The notes beneath the pieces were generated by a model. It was not told the origin of the DNA. It worked only from the letters and a program-made list of their open reading frames with translations, and made no database searches. A stretch of DNA of 64,000 bases from contig NMRA01000501.1 of the NCBI GenBank assembly GCA_002633005.1, positions 62,001 to 126,000 on the forward strand. Direction: 5' to 3'. Positions 35,901-47,653 of the stretch are shown here, piece after piece. The position numbers and the translations under genes are program-made. The stretch comes from Phoronis australis. Taxonomy: Eukaryota > Animalia > Phoronida. Position 1 is the first letter of the stretch; each line of letters starts with the position of its first letter.

Positions 35901-38900
35901 AAACCTGTCAGTATTGTGATACTGTTCTTGCTTAGGGTCCTGATGAAAAAGTCAAGATTGAAGAAAGTTGCTACTTATAATCATTATATACTCTTCGGCT
36001 CTCTTGTAATAATTGCTCACTGGACCTAGTATTCTAGCCAGGTGTTCAGGAGTGGATTTCTGTACAATAGGCGTTACTTGAAGTTGAGTATTTGTTAAAA
36101 CAGACTGTTGGGTTTGTGAATTATCCATTAAACGAATTGAAAACACTATACTGTACTTTGTATTGGACGGCTTGATGTATACTCACCCATACTCTCTGTG
36201 CAGTTTGAGACCTCACTGTGTGCAGTTGTAATGCAATAGGCATAAAGTTAAATATTTCGAGAGCGCGTGTCTCATGGTGGTAGCAAAATATACTGCGAAA
36301 TAAACAGCTATATCAGGTGGAAGGGCAAACTAGGAGAGAGTGAATGTAAGACAAGCCCGGAGGAGCTGAGTCGTCGCGCACTAAACACCTGTAAGGTTTT
36401 TCATGACTGATTAACAGACTTCAAAATCTTGAACCGAAATGGGTCATTTTCTATGTATCGAATGGTGGTATTATCTACTATTTCTTTCCTGATCATGTTG
36501 ATGTAAACAATGGTCTTGAATGAACCCTCGCTGTTTATGCATGGACAGTCATTGACAGCAAATACTTTTCCTAGGTGGGACTACTTCGCTATGCATAAAG
36601 CGAAATGACTGTAATGCAACTTGAGGAACTTCAGGGACAATAAACAGGACACGCCTTTATCACGGAGTTGAAAATTAATTGAAAAAGGAACATCTTTACA
36701 TCTTGTTTCATTAAACAATGCTTGTCTCGCACCATCTGCTTAATGTGAGAAATCCTTTGACATCCACTGAACACAGACTTTTTTTTTTTTTTAATTTTTT
36801 TTTTTTAATTGCAGGCGGTCTGATACACGTTGTATCAGACGTGCGCAGGCCTCGCATGTGGGCCCATTGCACTGATCACCTGGGAATATTTTTATGCTTT
36901 ATTGATATATGACTTGCTGTTTGCTCAGAAATTTTGACCATCTCTAGTGCGTGTGCTGTTTACTTGGCTATTGTAACACAATTATGTGTGCTTGAATGAT
37001 GTAACACATGCATAATTTGTTTCAGCGAAGACATCGGTATGTACAGCCTGCATATGGTGGAGGATGACGGAGAGGTAGACATGGATTTCCCCGCCCTCGA
37101 CACACGAGAGCCAATCAGCAAGTTCGGCTTCTCCAGGCTGGCTTTAGTTCAGAAGTCGTCAGCTACAAAGTCAGTAAAGGAGTTTGTACTGGTCACAGTG
37201 TAAGTAATTTACAGAATGTGATGAAGTTACCAATATCAAAGATGATGAAATCCATTTTATTTGATGATCTAGGCACAGGTGCCTCTCCGAACCATTCTAT
37301 GAGTAGTAATTTCTAAGTGTAAAGTTTCAGTAAAGTAGTTCTCAACTCTGTGTTTCGCAGCAGATTTACATTTTTATCAGCAGCCTACTGATAATTGATG
37401 TTGCTGCTAACATGGCTCTTAATGTCTTCATAGGACAAGAACAAAAATGCCATTCTCAGCTGGCTATTCAAAGTCTAAAAGGGGTAGTAAAACAGCTATC
37501 TTCTCAGCCAGAACCACTCTATGTTAAGCTTTGTTTACTTACGCAAGCCAACTGGGACAGTTGTAGAACAAGAGCATGGTTCACAAACCCTGCATGTCAA
37601 TTCCAAAAGGCCCACTGTGTATGAAGGACACCCATAATTTACAGAAGTCTTCAAAATTCAAGGCTACTATGTGGACTAGTTAACCCCTTCAAGCCCAAAA
37701 TGGCAGTTTTTCAGTATTACTGTTCACTGCATGACCAATAATAGATCCTGTTTCTTTTTACAGAGAATGTTTTGATACTGAATTGTTCGAATCAATAACC
37801 GAGTCAGTACACGTTTATTACTTTCTTGGCAGAGTCTTGTTAAATACTGAGGAACAAACGTGTATAAATGATGACAGTAATATTGTTCATGACTATGTTC
37901 ATGTCACAGACGCCTACATGACTGTGTGTGTGAGTGTTTGAATTTTTTTTGTGTGTATATGCATGTATGCCATGTATGTGTCTATATTCTATAGGCCCAT
38001 TTGTGTCATTTGGTGAAAATAAGTTTTTGACACTGTTGATTTTCACTCTATTATAATTCTAAGATCATATTTTTGATAAAAATCGATTTTCTTACTGGAT
38101 ATTCCTTGTTGGAAGAAAGCGACGTTGCAACCTTATCTCCAAGATTTCTACTGGCTGAGTGTTGAGCACCTGTCACTTCCTGGATCACGTGACGAGCGAC
38201 ATGGGTGATCTCTTGAGGCAGGTACTTGGTACCTAGCTAGTGGATGACTTGGAAATATGTTCCAATATGCAAAATAGTTTCCTTCTTTCTATCTCCTATT
38301 TTGGTCAATACGAATTTCTATGAAGCTGGTGATATCAGTCTGATGTCGATCTGATCATCATTCAATCATTCATTGTGCACTTCATGGAAAACCTCTTTTG
38401 AATAGTGGAATGCATCATATTTAGCAGCGTTTTGTATCTGTTCTGGTACAACTGTGCACCTGCATTGGCCATTCTAGGTGGTCAGTTGTGTAGGGCAGTG
38501 CATCCGGTGATTTTTGGTGACAACTTCCCCTCGTATTTCCAGCAACTTCCCGGCCAGTGGCTTCTCTCGCTTCCAGGTGGAGTCGAAGAATGTGTTACTC
38601 AAAGACATCATTGAGACTGCTCTTCACAGGCGGAAGGTGAAAAAGAAGGGTAAAACGACCAGTGTTTTAGTTTGTGTCAGAGTATAGGGACACTTCAGAA
38701 CCAGCGCTATCTGCCATTTTTAGCCATCAGTCAACATTATTTATAATATTCACTTGCTCATAACATTCCAATCCACAAGTCCCAAGATATCTGTACTGTA
38801 CACGCGTTAAAATGGACTTTGGTGGCAACAATCATTTGCGAAGAGTTCTAAGGAGGAAGGTTGCTGGAATTTGATTCAAGTTTGCACGATTAACTTCTAG

Positions 38901-41900
38901 TTACATAATAGCATGTAATGACCAGAATGTGAGGGTTATAATTTGGCATAGTCAGCCCGGCCAAAAAGCTGTCCGACTGATGTTTGTCCACAGCTTCAAC
39001 CCAAGATTACTTTAGTCTTGTACAGCTCACTGCATTGTTGACCTTAATCTTTGGTAATGACACCATCTTTGACTGTAGCATTATTAAGAATTTAAAGACA
39101 ACCGCAATCACAGAGAAATTCATCGTATTCAGTAACATTTGGCATCTCAAAAGTTCAATTGATGTACGATAAAAGTGCCACTTCTCATATTTGTTTCAGA
39201 AAGTGACATCTGGTGTAGACATGAAGTATACAAACTGCATTTTCCTCATTTTTCCATATTTAAATTCATTCTGAGCTCAGCTATTCAAGAATCCACCGCA
39301 TGTGGGTAATGAAACAATTATATTCTCTGCCAAAACCATGATTGCTTTGTCAAGCTGTGTTTAGTTACACAGCCCAACAGGCGCACTTATATGACTAAGA
39401 GCAGAGTTCACAAGGAACTTACTTTAACTGACTTTGCATGTTGGTTTTAAAAACCCTATCGTGTATGAATGACACCTGTGTTTTGCAACTGTCCCCAAAA
39501 TGCTAAGCCGGTTTGTGGACTAGTTACCCCTTTCGAGCCCAAGATGCCTCACTTGATGACTCATTGGCACCATGCTGCTGATCACTTTGTCCAGTAGTCT
39601 TAGTCCTCCAGCATTGTTTCAGGCTTGCAGTACATTATTGAAAAACAAAGTGAGCCTGGTGTACCACTAGACCCCGGTATGACATTGAATGCTGCCGAGT
39701 GCCTGGAGTTCTGCCTTGTCAGAGAAAACAGTAAGTGGAGTTTAAGTGTGCGTACTGAGATCACAGCCAGGGGTCTAATCTGTGTACTCGAAATCGAACT
39801 TGAAATTGTTTTTAACAATTTCCATTCTACTGTTCTGTCCTGTGACATATTTTTGTTTATAATTGATGACTGTGTAATCCTATTTTGCACTTGATGACCC
39901 AAGCACTAAACTGTAAATTCTGAGTATGAACTCAAAATCTGGAGTTTTTACTCAAGCTCAAATCTAGGGTCTAGGGCAATTTGGACTATGCTCCTATTTG
40001 CGTTCTCAAGCATAGAATTATGGGTAATTATCTTGATTTTGTATTAAGAATGGAGCATTTCAAAGATACTTTTGAGTTCAATTTCGAGTAAAAAGATGAG
40101 ACACTGGTCCCAAGTGTCTGATTCGTGAAAGTCACATGTGACTAATAAGACATATTTGGTTTTACGCCTTCACTATGCAATTGCTGTAAAATGTTTTGTC
40201 AAGTAGTTATGAGTGCATCGCCATAGAAATAATTTATAGAAATTGTCTTGGTGACTAGCAGTGATGTGGATATTCTTAGAGACTTTGAATTTTTGCACAA
40301 GTGCGATTCAATTTTTTCAGAAGTGGAGCATAAGATCAAATTTCTAATTGAAGTTGAACCATTTTCACGAAACAAGCCCAATTGTGGCACCGTCATGTGA
40401 ACACATGGATTGAATATTATCGACAGCACCAATAGAGATATTCCCAGGGATGGTATTCATATCAACCCCACCATTAACAGGGACGTCGACATTGATTTAC
40501 CACACATTTATTATCGAGTATTGACTGTGTATGTACAAACAAGCAAAAATTATTACATCATTCTGAGGAAGAGTGTCGTCCATGACAGTCCAAAGCTAAA
40601 TGGTGTCTTGTTAATCTCCCTACTTGTGATAAGTTGAATTACCAAGTTATGTGTTTGTTATTACAGGCGCAAGGGGTAATACTGTAGAGCCAGAACACAG
40701 CTCATCCGTGGCAGACTCGCTGAGTAGTCACCAGTACAAGTGTTATCAAGTGTACCTGCTGTCCAAGTTAAGGACCACCATTGAGGTTCAACTGGGTAAG
40801 ATTATTCTATACCAAGGATATGCTGTGTTCCTTCATTGGGGCTTTGTTTCATTAAATTCCTGAATTAGCTAGTCAAAGGTCTTGTAAACCCACATGATAT
40901 CAAAAGATAATTCTTCACTTATTTTGCAAAAAATAATTGCTTGTCAGTTTTCAATTTTTAAAGGCTAAGTGCCTTTCTGTAAATGAAAACTTGATTAAAT
41001 GTAGTTTTATGACATCTACACAGTACAGAGAAGATTATATCTGACTGAAGTTTTCTTAATCTTTAATTTGTTGAGAAATTTGACACATAGGAATTTTATT
41101 TGTCTGCCATGTGTGCTAAACAGGTGAAGAATTTCTGTACTCTTATTTAGACAACTTGTTTGACACTATACTATAATTCAATTACTAGAAAAGTTTAATT
41201 GTGCGAACAGCTCTACATATAAATGAAATTGTTTATGAAGCGATGTTTGTGTAATCAGTCTCTTATGATTTTCTAGCATCAAGCGCAGGTTTTGATCGTT
41301 TAGTATTTGTTATAAGGCATGTTTTTCATCAAATGGTATTGCAGCATGGATGAGAATGATATTAATTCCCAAATTGATTATTTTTTATATTCACAACCAG
41401 AAAAGTATTAGTACCTTGACAGCTTCGGCTTTTCTCAGCAGCCATCTTCCGAACCTAGTGGACACTATAGGTGGCAGGGTGATGAGACTGTTCCAAATTT
41501 TAGATAACTTATGCCCCCATCGTGCCTGTTGAAAACTGAGCCACTGAACTGGGACGATGGGGGGTATACGTTATCTAAAATTGGAACAGTCTCATCACAA
41601 CGCCACCTAGTGTCCAATAGCTTCAGAAAATGGCTGCTAAGAGGAGCCGAAACTGCCAAAGTAGTGTGAAAATAAGAAATAATCAATTTGTACTCTACCA
41701 GCCTTATGAAATTATTTAATGGTATTAATTCCCTTTGGTTTTAAGCCCCTTAATAACTAACGCTGACCATGATGTGATGTGTTTGCTTTGTCATGGCATT
41801 TTGCTTAATATGTCAAATCAGTCACCATGGACAAGATATTTTTGTGGTTTGATTGTAGGCATTTCTGGTGAAAAAATTGAGATAGACCCAGTGGCTCAGA

Positions 41901-43940
41901 AGGGTACCGCAAAAATTTTCTCCCGCCAGAAACCTGTCACCTTGGATACTGAAACCGTGGCGACATGCGATGTAACAGATGAAAAGCCAACTGGTAGGTT
42001 GTAATGGTTCAAAGTTGAAAGACGGAAAAGACTTGATAGTGCTTCCTCACATGCTACAATCCCTAGTCCATGAATGACTTAGGCTCATTCAGTGCAAACC
42101 ATGAAAATTAGTTGTTGTTGTAAGATGTGTTTATTCAGGAAAAAAACCTGTTCAGTCACAGTAAATCACCATAATTGCAAGTAGCAGCATGTTAATAAGA
42201 ACAACGACCGGTTTAAACCGGCTTGACATGTTTGGGCATTTATTAAAACACCATCCTCAGAAGAAAAAACAGTGGCCACCTTGCTAGGCCTAACAACAAG
42301 TAATCATCATACACAGACACAGTCAGTTACAGGAGAGTAACAATAGACTGGACTAACAATGACAACCTGTGGTGTGCCAGTTGCCTATTGGGACTATTGG
42401 GATATCTGCCAAACCACTCAAAGGATCACTACGAAAATTAACTGGATGTTTTTTACTATTCTGACTTCCCCTAGGGGCAGTTTTGCTTTTTTGTGACTAC
42501 GGCTGTATCTTCTTCATACCTTTAAGAATCTTTGCGGAACTTGGCAGATGAGCTCCAGAGACCTGTAGACATGGCAACAGATGACGATAATTTTCTACCA
42601 ATTAGACTATAGGTGTGCCCCTAGTATTAATTGTTTTTTGCATTTACCTCGTAATCTTATTAGTTCCTTGGCTTGTTTCATGAAATTTGGCAAATCGTTG
42701 TGTATTACAGAAATGTAGCCTCCTTCTAAATTCGGACGGGCTTGACGCTTTTTGCGCCATCTAATGGCCATTTTTGTGATGCTAAAAATAACATAGAAGC
42801 GCACAGTTTGTTGTGCTGTCGTCGGTGCATTTCAACGCTTGCATTGCTCCTGTTAATAATATATAATTTGGCAAATAGTTCTCTACGAAACAGGCCATGA
42901 TACCTTCCTCTTTTCAGTTGGATTTGACCTAGTGCTCACTTCCTAGTGACTGTTTTTATTATTTTCGAATCCATTTTGGGCACCCTCCTTATCAGTCAGA
43001 CAAATCAAGGAATTCTTATGAAAATACATTTGGTATTTGAATGTGTTCCTAGATCCTACTGAGAACAGCATTGCTGACGATAATTTTTTGACAGTTTTGA
43101 GAACTGCGGTGATCTTTAGTGGCAGTTTTGCTGTTTTTGGTCTGCAGCTATTTCTCCTATGAGATATGGCCACTGTATTTCTATGAACTTGACCACAGAT
43201 GACGATGGCGTTTGGACGTATCTGACTACCACTGTGCCCCCTAGAGGCATTTTTATTTTTTTACAATCTTGACTTGTTATGCACCCCCTATTGGTGGTTA
43301 TCTTAAGTTTCCTTGCATTGCATCCTCTAGTGGATATGTTTAAAGTTAGTAGTCATCTCTTGTATCTCTGCTGTGTGTGATGCACACGGAAGGTGCATAT
43401 CAACGCTCTACATTGCTCTTGTGTATTAAAGTAAGCGGTCGTAATCAATAGTTTCTTTGTCGTGAGAAACTTCATCGTTAAATCTTACCAATTTCAGACT
43501 ATGAAAATAATCACCAAAATCACCTTTCTTTATTTTTGAGGTCTTTTGTTGTTAATGACCAGAATTTTTCAAAATATTTTCCAATGGAAGTTAGAGTACA
43601 TAACTTCAACAAGGTAATGCGTTAATTTGGTGCTCTATGTGAAAAAATATAAAAATAAAATTTGACTCATGTGCCATGTTTTGTCCTAAATGGGTGAGAT
43701 TTTACCATAATGCTCTTTTTTGTTTCTTTGTTTCCAGGAAAGAGCTTGTTCCGCATCGTATATGGCGCTGGACCAGGTCACGACTATCGACATTACGACC
43801 TTGAGGTCGACACGGCAACGGCACGGGAGATCGTTCAGAAAGTGAACAACATCCTCGAGATGAGGTCAAGCGCCGTCAGGAAGGAGTATCTGGCCATACG
43901 TAACAAGAAAATGAGCAGACGGTTCTCCAGCTTCACGTGA
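29917..43940 (+). CDS. MAPKAP1: SIN1/MAPKAP1, mTORC2 subunit (N-terminal, CRIM, RBD and PH domains), about 504 aa
   Basis: Exons 29917-30071, 31056-31135, 32117-32227, 34428-34570, 35364-35533, 37026-37199, 38543-38649, 39623-39730, 40667-40795, 41859-41993, 43738-43940; all GT-AG, total 1515 nt in frame. Motifs [83 protein letters not shown] match SIN1. Start context GCCACCATGG. Confidence 0.97.
32881..33700. mobile_element. PIF/Harbinger-type MITE, 820 bp, TAA target duplication
   Basis: TAA|GGGCTGTTCCAGCAAAATCTGTATGGGAGGGG ... CCCCTCCCACACGGATTTTACTGGAACAGCCC|TAA. Confidence 0.88.
35099..35273 (-). mobile_element. SINE family A, diverged copy
   Basis: Shares GGGACTCAAACCCACGACCTT, GAGCTGAGG and GTGGGCCCA(A)TGCACT with 35614-35855. 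Confidence 0.75.
35614..35855 (-). mobile_element. Full-length tRNA-derived SINE, family A
   Basis: Minus-strand head GGAGGCAATGTGGCCTAGC...GGTCGTGGGTTTGAGTCCC (A and B boxes), 3' hairpin, AT-rich tail, and 12-bp direct repeats CACTGAGTAGTA at 35602-35613 and 35856-35867. Confidence 0.88.
36779..36903 (-). mobile_element. SINE family A, 5'-truncated copy with poly(A) tail
   Basis: About 90 bp nearly identical to 35627-35718, next to a T-run (A tail on minus); no tRNA head. Confidence 0.8.
41414..41661. mobile_element. Foldback MITE, about 250 bp, TA flanks
   Basis: Arms of about 105 bp are inverse (e.g. GTGATGAGACTGTTCCAAATTTTAGATAAC vs GTTATCTAAAATTGGAACAGTCTCATCAC); TA on both sides. Confidence 0.8.
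42380..43425 (+). mobile_element. Possible Helentron/HINE-like repeat, two partial units
   Basis: Recurrent GTGCCCC(C)TAG motifs and two similar ends, GGTGCATTTCAACGCTTGCATTGCTCCTGT (about 42824) and GGTGCATATCAACGCTCTACATTGCTCTTGT (about 43392). Family assignment is by resemblance only. Confidence 0.4.
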
Positions 43941-44214
43941 CTCATCGAGAAATGGTGCATTTATTTAGAATATTGAGTGAAAGTTCAGTATCCATTTCAT
44001 GAAAATGTCGTCTTTGGCTCCCGCTTTTCTAATTATTGAAGAAACGTTTTGCAATTTAATTTGTCAGTGTTAGTAATTTATGCAAATTATCTGAAAAATT
44101 AGCATTTACATGATACATTACTGATATTATTGGAGACTTTGTAACTTGCTGAAATGAGATTTTTTTATTTTTTTAATATGAGCACAGGTCCAGAAATAAG
44201 TTTCACATTATATC

Positions 44215-44375
44215 CAGGTTCTCATTCACTTTCTTGCATACATTCATTAGTAAGACTGATCTCAGAGTAGGAGACACCTTTGTGCAATGCTTGATTGTCT
44301 GCCAGTAAAGCCAGGATTTAAACCCAGGTCTCCCACTCACAAGTCAGCAGCTCAAACCAGTGCCACATCGTCTCT
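44215..44375 (-). mobile_element. SINE family B, in the probable MAPKAP1 3' UTR
   Basis: Reverse complement aligns with 59977-60130 (CAGGTTCTCATTCACT, TAGGAGACACCTTTGTGCA, GCCAGGATTTAAA). Confidence 0.7.
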
Positions 44376-47300
44376 TACTTTAATGAGATCTAGTTGTGTT
44401 TAGCGCAAGACAAAATTGCTGACCAAGTCTTAGTAAGTCAAGTTTTTATGAAACGGCTTCCAGCTTAGTTCTCAATGTAAACTGAATGTTGGATTTTGAT
44501 GAATTTTAATCATTGTGAAAATTCAGTAGCATGACTTTGTTCATTTAATACGACAAAAATAGATTTTAATTTTGGCTAAACTTTGTCAAATCTTTGTTGA
44601 GGCTTTTTCATTGTCCGACTGTTGACAGGCATTTGGTCTGCTTACCTGCTGTGACTAAAAGAATCTGAACAATACAGCATAACTTCAATTTGTGATTTAA
44701 GTTTTATGACAGTGCCAGTCGAATGCAATCAAAGTTCATTCTGGTAGCTAAATAATTTTTTGAAAAAGGAACAAAAATATACAGTTGGCATTGTTCACCC
44801 CGACACCTTTATTTTTTTGCAATACCATGTATCCCCTCTGCCGACTGCCAAAAGCCTTTAGATTAAAGAAATTGGGCAATAAGCTGATGCCGACCAGCCA
44901 GATTTTTTACAAGTCTGAGGCGCCTGACTGTGGGGTGTCGGAATTTCCTGCAGATTTTAAATTTCTGCTTGCAGGAAATGAGAAAATGTACGATTGAGAA
45001 CCAAAGGACTTCTGTCAGTAGTAGATTTTCTGACAACAGGCTTAAACAACCAAATATCGGAAGCGAGCTTAGGCAGCTGGCAAATCTCAAAACGTCCAGC
45101 TAACCTACTTGCCGTCATTTCTAATGAACTTGTGATGTGTACCAACTGGAAATAGAAATAGATGGTTTCAATGACACACATGGATTGCTCAAGTTTAGGG
45201 ATCATTATGAAGAGGTGTCATAATCACGGGACGACTATTGTTGTTATTGTTGTTGTTGTTGTTAAGCTATTAAAGTTGCTATGCACTCGTCTTTGCCACT
45301 TTTTAATGTTTAAACACAACTTTCAAGTGCAGATTTTTCTCAATTATGGACTATGGCTGGAGTGAAGTGTGATCGTTACAAGCAAAAATCGTAAAGTAAT
45401 TTGAATTATACCGTTTCGCTGGCTTTTAGACATCCAAGCACTCAGACTTAATTTACGACTCTCTATGCACCGTTTTAGTCAGAATAGTTTGGTCAAAACA
45501 CTTGTATATATTCCGATTAATAGCTGCAAGACACACCGGCTTTACAAAGTTGCATAGATTCTGAACAAAAAATGGGGGTGTTGAGATGAAGCTAAAGTCT
45601 ACTGACCAGGCACAGTAACATCAAACGTCATGGACACTTGCTGTGCCCCACAGTAAGCAGAATGGTCAGAGTATAGTTGGTTTCAAAAAAGTTTAAAAAA
45701 CTCAGTACTTGTCGAAAACCGATGGAATTTCAAGCAAGAAGTTCTTCCCAGTTTTCAAATGATTCAGCGTAATTTTTTGTTAGGATTTTTAAAAATTAAA
45801 TTTTTTCCATCGTTTCTTGCCATAATTTTGACATAGCCAGATGCAGACGAAATTTGTCAACGTTTTGAAAACCATACTTGATAGTGTGCCAGGAAAACTA
45901 AACTTCTTCAGCGTTCCCGGCCATGGTCAGTTTGGTCTTCTGGGCAAAGCCGCAATGATGCTGTCAGGCCCCACACGACACCGGACTGGGCCATGTCTGG
46001 CGCCTTAGGGTATCAAACCTAGGGCAGCTCTGCAGTAAATGCTCAAGTGTCTGGGGCCAGTGCCACATGGGCATTGGTCTGTGTGAGAGATTTTCAGGCA
46101 ATGCAAACTAACTAGTTCGTATTTTAACATTCTATAATTAAATAATTTATTTCTACTTTCATCATTAAAGCAAAGCATTTACTGAACAGCCTTCCTTTCA
46201 CTAGAATGCCCGGAGCACGCGTCACATAAAAGAATCTAGTGAGCTCGGAAATTTGCTGGAGCCCTGCGTGCCTAGGATATGTAGTGAGCAATCTTCAATG
46301 TGATGTACAGTGTAACCACCATCAGTAGTTTTCAAAACAATATTGAAATCTAGTCAAATGTACAATTCAGATGGAATTGTCAAAGAACAAATAAGCAGAG
46401 ACTATTCACAGTAATCTCTCTAAATTCACACAAGAATGACCAATAATATTGCAGTTTTCCAGCTTTCAAAAGACTGACTACATTGTTAAAATGCAACACG
46501 CTTTTACTACAAGTCCATCCATACTACTAATGGATAAACTAAGGGCTATTAATTGGTTGACAAATACATGAAATTCAACTGGTTCCTTAGACCGTGAGCA
46601 TAATTTAAGAGCATTCGTATCACTTGGAAAAAAGTTGCTCTATTTTAATAACTAATGTAGCTTGGAATCGTATAATCCGTAAAAGACTTCCACAACCATT
46701 TCTCAGGATATGCCTGTGCCTTAAGTAGTCCTAGAAATATGTTTAATCCAGGCACACGTCAAGCAATGGGCAGTTGTTAGAAAAATAAATCCAGTTGCCA
46801 CAGCAACTGAGGATAGCACCAATTTCTCTGACAACATGTTACACTGCTTTAGTTGAGATTTCTTGACAGTGTTGTCTTCTATTACAACTCCATATACAAT
46901 GTATGGCTGCTAGTCAAGTATACAGTGCACAAGGTCAACAACTATTTTTTGGCACCCATAACTGCACCAATACATATTTTGCACATAAATTCATCGCAGA
47001 TCTTTTTTCAGAGGATAACTACCTTGCTACAAATATTCAAATCTTTGGTAGACGCCTATTTTAGCAGCTTTACGAACCGCATCACCAAGAAAACAACCAT
47101 AACATTTGTTTTGCCACGGTATTTAACAAAATGTAATTCCATACGTTTCTACACAGAGTGCACAGTGAGTGAAGAAATATGTGGGGCACACCAAGAATAT
47201 ATTTTATCAGCATGGCTTTGTGTTGGCCGACAACTTTGTAAACCTGAGATTCTAACCGTGTGACCAGCAAACAATTGAAAATAATAAAAGTAATCTGCTC

Positions 47301-47653
47301 GTTTTGTCATGGCAGTGCTGGATCTGGAATACCACCAAAATGTTTAATTGAAATAATTCGTGCCAGCACTGGTTTTATGTCTAACTACTGAAACTTAGTC
47401 TACACCATTAACGTATGTGGATGCTTTTTTCAACTCTTTGCTGTAAGGACTACTCGACCTGTTTATAAATGAGGCTGTGCCAATATATTAATCCATCATT
47501 GAAAGGTTTTGTCGACCACAATATTCAAGCCTTGCCCCCAAGTTGGATTAATTGGAAACTGGTAGTTCTCAGGCATCAATGGCCTGTTGTATTTTTTCCT
47601 TTTAAGAAGTGACCCTAGTAATTGGCATGTCAAGTTACCAAGCCCCACCTCCT

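Noticed and set aside
37215-37275. C/D box snoRNA (several TGATGA)
   Set aside because: No suitably placed CTGA D box or terminal stem.
46853-47263. 136-aa ORF between MAPKAP1 and KLHL20
   Set aside because: TTG start, no recognisable motif, lies antisense in the probable KLHL20 3' UTR.
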